A DNA stretch of 59,939 bases, from the IMG/VR virus record IMGVR_UViG_3300050016_000385, positions 1-59,939 of that record. One strand, 5' to 3'. Shown here in pieces: positions 26,343 through 35,712 of this stretch (within the stretch, counting starts at the first letter, position 1; each line of letters begins with the position of its first letter). This DNA comes from a virus. Taxonomy: Duplodnaviria; Caudoviricetes. The position numbers were made by a program, and so were the translations under genes. Below the pieces are notes generated by a model. That model saw only the letters and a program-made list of their open reading frames with translations, ran no database searches and had not been told where the DNA came from.

Positions 26343-29057
26343 TCACCGGCCCGGCCTCGCGCTCGATAGTGGCGTCGCATAAATGCACGCCCAGAACAGA
26401 TCGCCCCACTGTCCCGGCTTCTTGTCGTTGGTGATGCGGATGCGGAATTTCTCGTTCTGCATCCGGGCCGCGCAGGAGTAAGGCACGCCGGCGATGATCG
26501 GCTTCGGCAGCCGCTTCACCATCCCGACATTCGCTTTGGCGGTTCCGGCCAGCGGCGGCCCACCATCCTTGGGGTCTTTTCCTCGTAACGCTAAAACCTC
26601 GCAGCCCAGTTGCCCGTTGCCGTTCAGATTGACCTGCACTCCTCCGAGTTGGCTCGGCTTCAGCAGGTTGTCCTGCGGGCTGTCGTTGGGGCAGACGCTT
26701 TCGACCACCCAGTCGATGCCTTCCCCGTTGTCGTCGAAGACGTAAGGAATGACCGCGTTGACCTCTCCGTCCGGGTTCGAGGAAGCGTAAAGAATCTGCG
26801 ACTGCGTGGTGCCGGGGTCCATTGTCGCCGGCGGATTCACCAGCGGACGATAGGCGCGGATCGCCAGGTTCGCGGCGATGTCATCGACCGACCACTTGTA
26901 GCATTCCCCGGTCGCAATCTCTTTTCCGATGTAGGGCGAGAAGTGGATGGGCGGCGCGAAGTCGGGCGACTCCTCGTAGTTCACCTTGAGCACTTTGTTG
27001 GGGACCGTGCTCTGGCCGAGCGGCACGCCGATGCGAATCTCCTGGGTCTCGTCGTCGATCATCACCCAGATCGTCTGCGCCGCCGCCCAGTTGATCTGGC
27101 CCCAAGTGATCGGAACTTCTTTCGAGATACGGACGGGAAGCGTGCCTTGAAAAATATAAAGCCCGGAACGATGCACATAGGCCATGAAGCGGGTGCAGAC
27201 ATCGACCGCCCGCGGTCCGCAGGGGCCGGAGCCGTTCCATTGCGGCGCTGCGTCCCAGGTGTTCGGTTCCGTCGCCGAGGGAGCGAGTTGATAGCCGGAG
27301 CGTTCTTTCATCAGATAGACGATGCCCTGATACTCCCGCACCGCGACTCGACGCTCACCGTTATTTTGCGCGACCTGGACCAAGCCACTGTCTCCGTAGA
27401 CAGTCTCGGGATCGCCCTGCTCCGACACATACCAACCGCTCGGCAACGAATCCGGGGCGTAGATCATGCGGTCCAAGGTGGGTGAGTAATACACGTCGGA
27501 CACCGGAGGCACCTGGATATTCTGGAAATTGCCACTCACGTCGTTCAGCGTGGCTTTCAGGTAGGTGTCGTCGAAGTTGAAGAAGGCGCTGGTGGTGGTG
27601 TTGTCGTTGATCAGCGTCGAAGTCTCTTCGACGCCGTTCACCACGTCCGCGATGGTCACGCCGCCGGGAATCAAACTGAAGATGTTGGGGTTGTTGAGAT
27701 TGAAGGCGGCGGTCGGAATGTTCGGCTCGATCCAGAAGTACGGCCCCGCATTCGAGATGCCGTAGCCTGCGGTCTGGCTCAACTGCCCGGCGGGAGTGAA
27801 GGCGCAGATCCGCGCCTGCGTATTCGAAGGCCCGATGGGAAGATTCGCGACATAGAGCTGATAGCCGTTGGTCGGCGAGTTGTAGACGATGACCGAGGCC
27901 TGCGTCATGCCGGAGATGTAGCCATTCCGGTTCAAGAACAGCACGACCATGTAGCGCAGCCCGGCACAAATATTTCCCGCGGGCGCAACCAACGCCCCAT
28001 TCGACACCGGAGGCGCGGCCCCGGTTCCCGTGGTGTTGACGTTAGTCGGGGCGGCGAGCCCTGCCGGCGCGAGGTTCACCAGGGCGTAACTCGAAAGCGC
28101 CGGCGCCGGATTGCCAGTGGTCACGTCCGCCTCGTAAACGTTGTAGCCGATGGGCTTATAGGGAGCGGCCAGCGCCTGCACCCAGGCCGGAAGCACGGGC
28201 GCGGTGACCGTGAACTGATCGTTGAGTGTGGTGTTGGTGTATTTGTAGGCGAGAATCAGTTGCGCGTCGGTTTCGCCGACTCCATTCACCAGCGTGACCA
28301 TCAGGTACACGTCGCGGTTGGCAGCGAATGTTCCAGCGCCGGAGTTGCGGGCCACGGTTGGGATCGCGGGCTCGGGCAGAGCCTGCGCCATGATCGCAGT
28401 CTGCTCCTTCCAAGTCACTCCGCCATCTGCGACCGTGCCACCGGCGGTGAGGGGAAATACCGGCTGGTTCGCTCCACTGATTCCCGCCACCGTGCAGATG
28501 TAGGTGTGCCCGTTGCCTCCCACAGGCGCCGCCGGCGTCACTACTTCCCCGACGTTGTATGGAGTGGCGGCGAGCCAACCCATCCCCACGGGCTTCATGG
28601 AGAGCGGATCAAGGAAACCAGTCTGGAGGTTGAAGACGGCGGGTGCAGCCAAAGAGTTCACGAGGTTGCCGAAGGCCAGATAATCCTTCTGGTAGGCGGA
28701 GGCGACCTGCATACTGGCCCCGGCGGCCGGCGGCACCTGCGGGCTGGAGATCAGCTTCAGGACGCCCGAGCCCACGGGTTGTTCCTGATACAGATGCCCC
28801 AAACCACTAAAGGCCACCGGGATCTGCACGTCGGGGTTCCCGCTCAATTTGGAGCTAACCAATCCGGTCACGGCGCCGCCATCCGGCAGAACGAAGCCGA
28901 ACTGACTTTGGATGCCGTCGCGGGTGCGCACGCTGGTCAAATGAAAGCGCGAGTTCTTCGCCACGGCAAGAACGCCGAGAGGAAGATTGGTCGGGTCATC
29001 CTGCTCAACCAATGAACTCCAGCGCGTGATTTCGTGAGGCAGGCCGGCGAGATACAT
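26343..29057 (-). CDS. tail nozzle / tubular protein B-like (P22 gp10 / T7 gp12 position)
   Basis: 904 aa beta-rich; YVSEQGDPE, GPCGPRAV, MAYVHRSGLYIF, ISKEV propeller motifs; CBM-like WLAATPYNVGEVV...DGGVTW insertion. Confidence 0.75.
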   Translation of the reverse strand: MYLAGLPHEITRWSSLVEQDDPTNLPLGVLAVAKNSRFHLTSVRTRDGIQSQFGFVLPDGGAVTGLVSSKLSGNPDVQIPVAFSGLGHLYQEQPVGSGVLKLISSPQVPPAAGASMQVASAYQKDYLAFGNLVNSLAAPAVFNLQTGFLDPLSMKPVGMGWLAATPYNVGEVVTPAAPVGGNGHTYICTVAGISGANQPVFPLTAGGTVADGGVTWKEQTAIMAQALPEPAIPTVARNSGAGTFAANRDVYLMVTLVNGVGETDAQLILAYKYTNTTLNDQFTVTAPVLPAWVQALAAPYKPIGYNVYEADVTTGNPAPALSSYALVNLAPAGLAAPTNVNTTGTGAAPPVSNGALVAPAGNICAGLRYMVVLFLNRNGYISGMTQASVIVYNSPTNGYQLYVANLPIGPSNTQARICAFTPAGQLSQTAGYGISNAGPYFWIEPNIPTAAFNLNNPNIFSLIPGGVTIADVVNGVEETSTLINDNTTTSAFFNFDDTYLKATLNDVSGNFQNIQVPPVSDVYYSPTLDRMIYAPDSLPSGWYVSEQGDPETVYGDSGLVQVAQNNGERRVAVREYQGIVYLMKERSGYQLAPSATEPNTWDAAPQWNGSGPCGPRAVDVCTRFMAYVHRSGLYIFQGTLPVRISKEVPITWGQINWAAAQTIWVMIDDETQEIRIGVPLGQSTVPNKVLKVNYEESPDFAPPIHFSPYIGKEIATGECYKWSVDDIAANLAIRAYRPLVNPPATMDPGTTQSQILYASSNPDGEVNAVIPYVFDDNGEGIDWVVESVCPNDSPQDNLLKPSQLGGVQVNLNGNGQLGCEVLALRGKDPKDGGPPLAGTAKANVGMVKRLPKPIIAGVPYSCAARMQNEKFRIRITNDKKPGQWGDLFWACIYATPLSSARPGR

Positions 29058-29083
29058 GACAGGGAAAGGAAAAGAGGAGAGGA

Positions 29084-29111
29084 CTCGCGGAGCCAGGTTC
29101 GACTCCGCGAG
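29084..29111 (-). terminator. GC hairpin followed by pyrimidine tract (terminator-like)
   Basis: CTCGCGGAG/CTCCGCGAG arms then TCCTCTCCTCTTTTCCTTTCC. Confidence 0.5.
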
Positions 29112-29126
29112 CGAAGCAACGGCTGA

Positions 29127-29495
29127 CTATTTGAAGTCCGCGCCCCAGGCTTCGATGAAGAAGTTCAGTTCGGCGGCCAGCGCCGCTGGATACGCTCCCG
29201 CAGCCAACTCCACCCCCTCGGAACTGAAAACTTTAAGGATGGGATGCAAGGCGTCGGCTCCGGGCACGATCTGGCAGTTGTAACCGGCGGGTAGATTCGT
29301 GATGGACACGAACTTCGGCCCTTGGTAGCCCCAGTACTGATCGGGATCGTAATTGCCGGTCGCCCCGTTGAGGTTTAAGACTTCGGGCGCTACGCCGGCG
29401 GCCTGCCCGTAGTTCCCGCTCAGATCCACGTTGTAGCGCACCTTCTTTTGCTTCCAGACGTTGGCCGCCTGGACGATGGTGAGTTGGTTTGGCAT
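29127..29495 (-). CDS. putative minor structural protein
   Basis: 122 aa beta-rich, AAGGAG RBS, ELAAGAYP motif, between adaptor and nozzle. Confidence 0.65.
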   Translation of the reverse strand: MPNQLTIVQAANVWKQKKVRYNVDLSGNYGQAAGVAPEVLNLNGATGNYDPDQYWGYQGPKFVSITNLPAGYNCQIVPGADALHPILKVFSSEGVELAAGAYPAALAAELNFFIEAWGADFK

Positions 29496-29508
29496 AAGTA
29501 ATAGCTCC

Positions 29509-30210
29509 TTAACTTCCTGAAAAAGTTGGAATCGTGCCGCCGCTCCCGCAAGAGGATCGGCGACTCATACGCCCCAGCCGCCGCGACTTGCCCTGATTGG
29601 CTTTGGTCATGGCGATGGCTAAATCGTCGTAGGCTTCGTCGGCATCGTTGCCGTATTGGGTCACCCAGTCCGGGATTCTCCGGGCCTTGGCGGCTTCGCA
29701 GGCGATCTTCGAGGCCAGGCAGCGGTTGGCGGCAAGCGAAATTTGTATCTGGCTTTCCTGCGAGGTGAGCGGGTCGAAAAGAAATTCTCCCGTGACTTCC
29801 AGATCGAGCGCGGCGGAATAATTCGCCAGCTTGATTGAGTAGCGCAGCCAGGCCCAGGAATCGAGATAGTCGGCTCCATCGGGAATCGTGTTCGGCACGT
29901 CGAGAAAAGCCGCCTCTTGCCAGTAGGTTGGGTCTTGCCCTGGGAGTTTCCAGCGGATCATGCGGGGTGCAACGATCATCGCAAGCGGCTGGCCGTTAGC
30001 CTGATATTGATCGAGGTTCGGCAGTCCGGCGGGGACGGCGGGAAGCACAAGAATCTCTTCCGTGTTATCCCAGCCCACCAGACGGAGCTTGCCGAAAAGC
30101 CATTCATAGGTGTCCTGGGCGAAGCCGGTCACGTACTCCGGGGTGACGTAAGTCCCGTCGGGGTCATCGTGCTTCGCCTGGACGCGCTTGGTGATGTCAG
30201 AGAGTTGCAG
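29509..30210 (-). CDS. head-tail adaptor / tubular protein A-like, probable CTG start
   Basis: In-frame extension LQLSDITKRVQAKHDDPDGTYVTPEYV resembles adaptor N-termini; AGAGGA RBS; in-frame stop at 30238-30240. Confidence 0.7.
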   Translation of the reverse strand: MQLSDITKRVQAKHDDPDGTYVTPEYVTGFAQDTYEWLFGKLRLVGWDNTEEILVLPAVPAGLPNLDQYQANGQPLAMIVAPRMIRWKLPGQDPTYWQEAAFLDVPNTIPDGADYLDSWAWLRYSIKLANYSAALDLEVTGEFLFDPLTSQESQIQISLAANRCLASKIACEAAKARRIPDWVTQYGNDADEAYDDLAIAMTKANQGKSRRLGRMSRRSSCGSGGTIPTFSGS

Positions 30211-30214
30211 AGAG

Positions 30215-31264
30215 TTATTCCTCTTCCTTCGCTTCTTTCAGTGCCTTGGCGCGGGCCGCCCTCACCTTTTTGCGCCGCGTTTCTTCGGTTCCAACTTCTC
30301 CCCACTGTTCAGCGGTGAGCTTCTCCATCTTGGCGTGGTCGATCTTGATGAAGGAATCCATGTAGGCCTTGAAGGGGTCGATGATGTTGCCGCAGTGCTC
30401 GCAGTGATAGGCGTTGGCCTTTACGATTTGTCCGCAGGCTGAGCAGTTGTCTTCCGAGAGGCCCTGCTTGATGCGCGAACTCACCACTCCGAACGGGGTG
30501 ACGGGGATGATGCCTTCCGACACCAGTACGTCGGCCATCAGGTGATGGTTGTTGGTGACCTGGTGGCGGTACTTCTCGACCCGATACCAGCCTTCGGCTT
30601 CTTCCACGCGCTTGAAGAAAATATCGTTGCGGCGCTCGCGGTGCTGCTTGATCATCTTGTGCAGGTCGGCCCGGACCGGCGTCTGAATCACCGAGGGAAT
30701 TTCCCGCTGTTCTTCGTCGTACATCACGCCATGTTTTTCGGTGACGGTGGGGTTGCCCTGGGCGTCGTAGGTTTCCACTTCCTTGATTTTGTCGGGATGC
30801 TGGCCGCCTTCGTAGATGATGACGCCGCAGCCCATGTTGTCTTTGTTCAGGAACTCGCGGACGAATTGCCCGGCCTGCATGATGGGCGTGATGGCGGAGA
30901 AACTCCACGAGCCTTCGTCGTCCGACATCAGCGTGCGCTCGGTGCGCCAGGAGCGGACGTGGTAGTAGGCGTAGGGCATTCCGGGATGGCAGGCGGGAAC
31001 CTGCAAGCCGCGCAACAGAGGCATTCCACTGGTAAAGGAAAGCTCCCAAGGCAGCAGATTAATGACAGTCGCGTGGGGCGGCGGGGAAGACATCATCTGG
31101 CGGCGCAGATCGTCGAGCCGCTTGAGCGAGAGGGGATCAAGATAGGTAACCCTGCGCTTGGCTTTGCCTTCGATGGCGGTCGCAATTTCAGGGAAAGCTT
31201 GCGCGAAGGTGTTCGGACTCGCGGGCGGTCCTTGATAGGGAACGACGGGTGTGTTGGCGGGCAT
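30215..31264 (-). CDS. hypothetical protein with C-terminal zinc ribbon
   Basis: AGGAG RBS; CSACG...CEHCG. Confidence 0.75.
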   Translation of the reverse strand: MPANTPVVPYQGPPASPNTFAQAFPEIATAIEGKAKRRVTYLDPLSLKRLDDLRRQMMSSPPPHATVINLLPWELSFTSGMPLLRGLQVPACHPGMPYAYYHVRSWRTERTLMSDDEGSWSFSAITPIMQAGQFVREFLNKDNMGCGVIIYEGGQHPDKIKEVETYDAQGNPTVTEKHGVMYDEEQREIPSVIQTPVRADLHKMIKQHRERRNDIFFKRVEEAEGWYRVEKYRHQVTNNHHLMADVLVSEGIIPVTPFGVVSSRIKQGLSEDNCSACGQIVKANAYHCEHCGNIIDPFKAYMDSFIKIDHAKMEKLTAEQWGEVGTEETRRKKVRAARAKALKEAKEEE

Positions 31265-31334
31265 GGCTGGTTTGTTCTCCTGGCCGCGCTGAGGCGGCGG
31301 GTTCGTAAGTTGAGGTTGTGAGTTGGTTCGGCGC

Positions 31335-31502
31335 TTAGGCCGCAACGTCAGGGATGTAGTTCCACGGTGGGCCACTTAGATCGGCCCCTTGCCGCTTCAA
31401 TTCAGCTTTGGCGTGCGGGTAGCAGAACGGTTCGTACTCGCCGTTCACACTGACCACGCATTCGCGCTCTTGGCGGCACACTTTACAGAGATCGAAGTTC
31501 AT
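31335..31502 (-). CDS. small Cys/His (Zn-finger-like) ORF, not in track
   Basis: MNFDLCKVCRQERECVVSVNGEYEPFCYPHAK... 55 aa. Confidence 0.45.
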   Translation of the reverse strand: MNFDLCKVCRQERECVVSVNGEYEPFCYPHAKAELKRQGADLSGPPWNYIPDVAA

Positions 31503-31550
31503 ATTCTTTGGGGGGGGGGCGCTTAGGCCGGGGACTCGTTGACTGGGTGC

Positions 31551-31565
31551 TGTTAAAATCGTGTG
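31551..31565 (+). promoter_or_regulatory. extended -10 promoter, leaderless
   Basis: TGnTAAAAT 6 nt before ATG 31566. Confidence 0.5.
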
Positions 31566-31847
31566 ATGGCGAAGGCGGAACTAGAAATACCGTGGGTCGA
31601 GATTGAGTCCATCGTGAAAACGGCTGCCGAAAAACTAACGACGGCAATGAACGATGCCACCGCTTCTGCGAACAAAACTCCGATTCAGGATGCCGTCCTA
31701 CGGATATTAGCCAACGCCTGCAATCACGTTGCTGATGCTATTTCCGGCGAAGTGCGAGGCTCGATCAAAGATGAACTCAAAGCTGCAACCCGAAAAACCG
31801 TCATTGCCATATTGGACGACTTCGTTAATAATCGATTGAAAATCTAA
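31566..31847 (+). CDS. hypothetical protein (antisense moron)
   Basis: 93-aa helical ORF, more AT-rich than flanks. Confidence 0.65.
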   Translation: MAKAELEIPWVEIESIVKTAAEKLTTAMNDATASANKTPIQDAVLRILANACNHVADAISGEVRGSIKDELKAATRKTVIAILDDFVNNRLKI

Positions 31848-31866
31848 CCTTCTCAACGAGGCTGTG

Positions 31867-32223
31867 ATGGACCGTCGCAAATTCCTATCGGCTCTGATCG
31901 GTGGCGTTGCGGCTGCCGCTGCGGTGCGGGAGTGTCCGTTCCGAGCGTTCAGCTTTCCGAAGGAGATCAAATATCCCGACTTTGGCGGTCAAACCTTGTT
32001 TGCCGACTACGACAAGAATGGAAACCTAACCAACTGGATCTGGGAATACGACCCCGAGAGCGGCTTCGCCAAACTCCACGACTCTAGCTTTTACGATCCC
32101 ACCGGGTCATTCATGGGACTCTCGCGCCACCCTTTCGTCTCTGGATTCTCGAAGCTCATCGAGCTCAACGAACCCGCGCAGGCAGGCATGAAAGCCGGAG
32201 ACATCGTCCTCACCGATCTCTAG
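31867..32223 (+). CDS. hypothetical protein with twin-arginine-like N-terminus
   Basis: MDRRKFLSALIGGVAAAAAV; GAGG RBS. Confidence 0.7.
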   Translation: MDRRKFLSALIGGVAAAAAVRECPFRAFSFPKEIKYPDFGGQTLFADYDKNGNLTNWIWEYDPESGFAKLHDSSFYDPTGSFMGLSRHPFVSGFSKLIELNEPAQAGMKAGDIVLTDL

Positions 32224-32978
32224 GCGTGATACTGACTGCGAATTCCGATCTTCTCCTGCAACTGGTTCATCACCCGCCGCGCCCCGAGCGACAACCTGTT
32301 TCCGCAGACGGTGACCGGGCTGTCCTGCACCTGCGCATCGAGACGCGCGACTAAAGCCCGTTGTTTCTCGGCGGCGACGTTCGCTTCCGCGTCGATCATC
32401 TGCTGCAACCTGACGGCGGCAGACATCGGTCGCCGGTCGATGTCACGGAAGTTCGTTTGAATCGCCTGCTTCACGTCCGAGATCGAGGGCAAGTAGGGGC
32501 TCGGTCCGGCGACGATTTCATAATCTCCGTAGCGCGGGTAAGGCCCGAGCGCGGATTTGCCTTCCCAGTGGTACATATTCCAGTCGGCGGGCGATCCCCA
32601 AGTAGCTGCCGGTTGCCACTTCTCGACGATCCAGCCCGTGAGCCCGTACTTCGGTCGGTCGATGAAGCCTCGAATCATGTGCTCTGGGGAAACCTTCATC
32701 ACTCCGCCCAGATACTCCATAATCTCCGGTACGGGGCGGCCTTTCGTGGCCATCTTCATCGCGGCGGAGATTCCCAAGCTGCCGCGTTCGTCAGTCGTTA
32801 GATTCTCCGCCCAGATGGCCCACTCTCCGGCACAGCGGATAGTTCTGAAGTCAGCGCGCGCGACGCGGAACAAGGGTTCGCCGAACGGATTGACACCGCC
32901 GGTGCGCAGCAGATGCGATTTGAGCGAGCGCGGAACGAAGGGCATTCCCGCGCGGAGGCCGGTGCGGCGGAATCTCAT
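32220..32978 (-). CDS. hypothetical phage protein
   Basis: ATGA-coupled start; GGVNPFGEPLFRV, WIVEKW, LGPYPRYGDYE. Confidence 0.75.
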   Translation of the reverse strand: MRFRRTGLRAGMPFVPRSLKSHLLRTGGVNPFGEPLFRVARADFRTIRCAGEWAIWAENLTTDERGSLGISAAMKMATKGRPVPEIMEYLGGVMKVSPEHMIRGFIDRPKYGLTGWIVEKWQPAATWGSPADWNMYHWEGKSALGPYPRYGDYEIVAGPSPYLPSISDVKQAIQTNFRDIDRRPMSAAVRLQQMIDAEANVAAEKQRALVARLDAQVQDSPVTVCGNRLSLGARRVMNQLQEKIGIRSQYHA

Positions 32979-33151
32979 CGGGTAAACTCGGGAATACGAA
33001 TCGTTCGCTCGGCGTAGCCCGGCCGAAAGTGCGAAAGAAAATAATCCACCAGCCCGCTGCCATACTCCCGCCCTTCGTCCGAGAATTCTGGGTGGCAGTG
33101 AGCACTGCGCTGCACGAGCATGGGAAGCGGGATTGCGGCGAGGTTGCTCAT
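32975..33151 (-). CDS. small hypothetical protein
   Basis: AAGGTG RBS, coupled to next gene. Confidence 0.45.
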   Translation of the reverse strand: MSNLAAIPLPMLVQRSAHCHPEFSDEGREYGSGLVDYFLSHFRPGYAERTIRIPEFTR

Positions 33152-33159
33152 GCGGCACC

Positions 33160-33321
33160 TTAGAACCAGCGCATATCTTTCTGGCTGACGGAAATTGTTT
33201 TGGCGCAGATGCAGCACTGAAACATCACGGCCTTGTCGCCCGTTCCGGCGGTGAGTGCTCCCAGCGGTTCCATGGAGTGACGAAACAAAAACCAGCAGCG
33301 AAGCTCACGAAACCAGCTCAT
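33160..33321 (-). CDS. small Cys/His protein, not in track
   Basis: MSWFRELRCWFLFRHSM...FQCCICAKT; ATGA coupling. Confidence 0.55.
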   Translation of the reverse strand: MSWFRELRCWFLFRHSMEPLGALTAGTGDKAVMFQCCICAKTISVSQKDMRWF

Positions 33322-33533
33322 CCCAGCTTGCCGCAAGTATGCGGGATTCCATTCAGATGGGGATTACAGCAGGCATTGCACTGTTCTTCTGGAGTTGCCC
33401 ACCGCATCTTTCCGTCGTGAGGTACGTCTGTGTCTTGACACACCGAACAAGTTCCCGGATCGTCGCCGGTACGGTACGAATAGTCGCAGCAGCAATCACA
33501 GACCACCATTCGAGATGCAGCTACGTGGCTCAC
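33318..33533 (-). CDS. small Cys-rich protein
   Basis: Several CxxC motifs; GTGA coupling. Confidence 0.55.
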   Translation of the reverse strand: MSHVAASRMVVCDCCCDYSYRTGDDPGTCSVCQDTDVPHDGKMRWATPEEQCNACCNPHLNGIPHTCGKLG

Positions 33534-34093
33534 CCCACCTGCGCCGCGGTAACCGGCGGCTTCGCGTTCGCCTCTATAATGGCCGCTTGTTCTTTCGTGG
33601 CGACGATCCCCAACACTTCATCTTCGTGCAGAATCAGTTGTGGCTCGTCGTTGATCGCGCCCAGCGGAGCTTCGGAGCCGGCATACTTGCCGAACAGGAC
33701 GACGCACCCGACGGGGATGCGCAAGGGAATCAAGCGGCCTTCTTCGGTAATCCGCCCCTGTCCGCAACTGAGGACGACTCCGGCGTTCGGCTGGTCGCGG
33801 TCGGTCTCGCGCAGGAAGATTCCATGCTTCGAGTATTCGGCCTCGGGAACTCGGCGGACCAGCAAACGGTCTCCGATGGCAATGAACGTGGTGCCTTCGC
33901 GCAGGGCGTTGGTCCCCGGCTCGAAGATTTCGCGGGTGATGGCGAGGGCTTCTTCTTCAGTGACGCGCTTGCGCTCGAAAGCGTGCGGGAAGGCAAGGTT
34001 TTTCGCCAACGGTTGCTCGGCGGCTGGAAGGTCGGAGGTTTTCTCCAGCGCCAGCTCGACGGATGTCTTGGTGCGTTCTGCGGTTTCGTTCAT
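33530..34093 (-). CDS. groES: phage co-chaperonin (GroES/Cpn10 family) with N-terminal extension
   Basis: IGDRLLVRR, GIFL loop, GVVLSCGQGR, VGCVVLFGKYAGSE, LILHEDEVLGIV. Confidence 0.9.
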   Translation of the reverse strand: MNETAERTKTSVELALEKTSDLPAAEQPLAKNLAFPHAFERKRVTEEEALAITREIFEPGTNALREGTTFIAIGDRLLVRRVPEAEYSKHGIFLRETDRDQPNAGVVLSCGQGRITEEGRLIPLRIPVGCVVLFGKYAGSEAPLGAINDEPQLILHEDEVLGIVATKEQAAIIEANAKPPVTAAQVG

Positions 34094-34308
34094 GACGGTC
34101 TCTCGATCTTGTGTGGACTGAATTTACTTTCCGCTGCCATGCGCTCCTGCTCTTTCTGCGCGTTCTCCACTTCCTGCGTGGTGCGGTACTGCACGCACTG
34201 CAAGAGGATGTTCGCCAGCATCACCTGCGAGTTCAGCGGCAACTCGGCAATCTCTTTGTCGAGTTTCTTGGCGATGCCCATGATCAGGGCTGGGTCGGGA
34301 GAATTCAT
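34090..34308 (-). CDS. hypothetical protein
   Basis: 72-aa helical ORF coupled to groES. Confidence 0.65.
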   Translation of the reverse strand: MNSPDPALIMGIAKKLDKEIAELPLNSQVMLANILLQCVQYRTTQEVENAQKEQERMAAESKFSPHKIERPS

Positions 34309-34326
34309 AGTCGGTTTCGCTTTCTG

Positions 34327-34366
34327 AAAAACGATGTGGGCCAGCCGCTGAGGGCCAGCCCCATCT
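34327..34366 (-). terminator. intrinsic terminator after capsid gene
   Basis: GGGCTGGCC-loop-GGCTGGCCC stem followed by ACATCGTTTTT. Confidence 0.7.
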
Positions 34367-34384
34367 TCAGTTTAACTCACAGGC

Positions 34385-35671
34385 TCAATTCCCTTGGGGA
34401 ACTTTTGCTTGCGTGGCTCCGCCCTGGCAGATTGGGTTGTCGATCCAGGTCTGCTCCGCCACCACGAAGTACATCAACTCCATCGCGGTGGGCGTGCCGG
34501 TGGTCGGGTCGGTCATCTGAAACACCATCTGCCCGCCCCGGTTCTTGAACCAGAACATCCCCGGACCCCACTTGATGTGGTTCCAGGACTTCTTCCTGAG
34601 GAAGTCCCAGCGGGTGTAGTCGGCATGGGGATTGATCATGATGCGCCGGCCGTTGATCGACTTGGTCTTGATGAACGGGTCGTACTTCGCCACGCTTCCG
34701 CCGGCCAGAGGCAGCAGTTGATCGTTGAACGCGAGTTCGTCGAGCGACTGCACCTGCGCCAGGTGGGTGTGCCAGAAGTAGTCGTCATTCAACGCCTGCA
34801 TTCCCAGGCGCTGCATGATTTGGTTTTCCGCGATCACAAAGACGGGCTTCGTGACCTGGGCGGTGTTCGACAGATTCACGCCGTTCGCGAACACGTAGGG
34901 CAAGCTGCGGGCTAAGCCGTAGAGGTTGCCGAGAGTCTGGGTGTTCACGAACACCGGAATGCCGTTGATTCCCTGGGGGGCGCCAGCGGGCAAACCCGCG
35001 GCGATCACCAAGTCTCCGGCGACCGAGCCGGGAGGAACCTGGTCTACTTGGATCTGCTGGGTGATGCCGAGACTCTTGTAGACGTTGACGATGTTGCAGG
35101 TTCCCCGGAGCACGTAGCCGGGGGACATGACTTGCACGGGTTGCTGTTCCTGCATCAGGTGGGCGGCGCGGCCGTCGATGACCGCGGTCGTGGCCGAACG
35201 GAGGTTGATGAAGTTAGCGCCCGTAAACGAATCAATAGACCCGAGCGAACCGTCGCCGGGGGTTTGCAGGAAGATGTCGCGGGTGCGGGTACACTCGGTG
35301 ACGATCTTGGCGAGGGTCTGGGTCACCGGATTGGTGACGGAAATGTCCTTGCCTTCGCCGGTGAGCTGCATCAACTGGCTGTACTGCACGGGCAGGCACC
35401 AGGAGACTGGAGAAAGCAGGAACTGGTTGTACTGGTTGGCAACGCCCGACGGCATGGTCCCGGTGTCGAGACCGATGAAGGTCGGTGCGCTGGCGTAGGC
35501 GTAGAGCAGTTGGGCGCGGAAGCTGCGCAACGACGCGCGCACCGCCCCTCCGTCTGAGCCACTGCCGATCTCCTTGGCGAAAATCCCTTCACTCTCAACC
35601 GCGTCGGCGATTGTGGGGGCAAAGGTTTCGAGCTGGAGGGGCAGATTCGATAATGCTGTACCTGCGGGCAT
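34385..35671 (-). CDS. major capsid protein (HK97 fold, P22-coat-like)
   Basis: 428 aa after scaffold; strong AGGAGAGG RBS, strong codon bias, terminator; GINGIP..GNLYGLAR, C-terminal IDNPICQGG. Confidence 0.8.
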   Translation of the reverse strand: MPAGTALSNLPLQLETFAPTIADAVESEGIFAKEIGSGSDGGAVRASLRSFRAQLLYAYASAPTFIGLDTGTMPSGVANQYNQFLLSPVSWCLPVQYSQLMQLTGEGKDISVTNPVTQTLAKIVTECTRTRDIFLQTPGDGSLGSIDSFTGANFINLRSATTAVIDGRAAHLMQEQQPVQVMSPGYVLRGTCNIVNVYKSLGITQQIQVDQVPPGSVAGDLVIAAGLPAGAPQGINGIPVFVNTQTLGNLYGLARSLPYVFANGVNLSNTAQVTKPVFVIAENQIMQRLGMQALNDDYFWHTHLAQVQSLDELAFNDQLLPLAGGSVAKYDPFIKTKSINGRRIMINPHADYTRWDFLRKKSWNHIKWGPGMFWFKNRGGQMVFQMTDPTTGTPTAMELMYFVVAEQTWIDNPICQGGATQAKVPQGN

Positions 35672-35712
35672 GATCCTCTCCTATGAGGTGCCGTGAACGC
35701 CGCTTAACAAAA

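Noticed and set aside
1-31533. TTAGGCCGGG at position 1 and 31523 as an att or terminal repeat
   Set aside because: Only 10 bp, GC-rich; position 1 is simply a stop codon at the window edge
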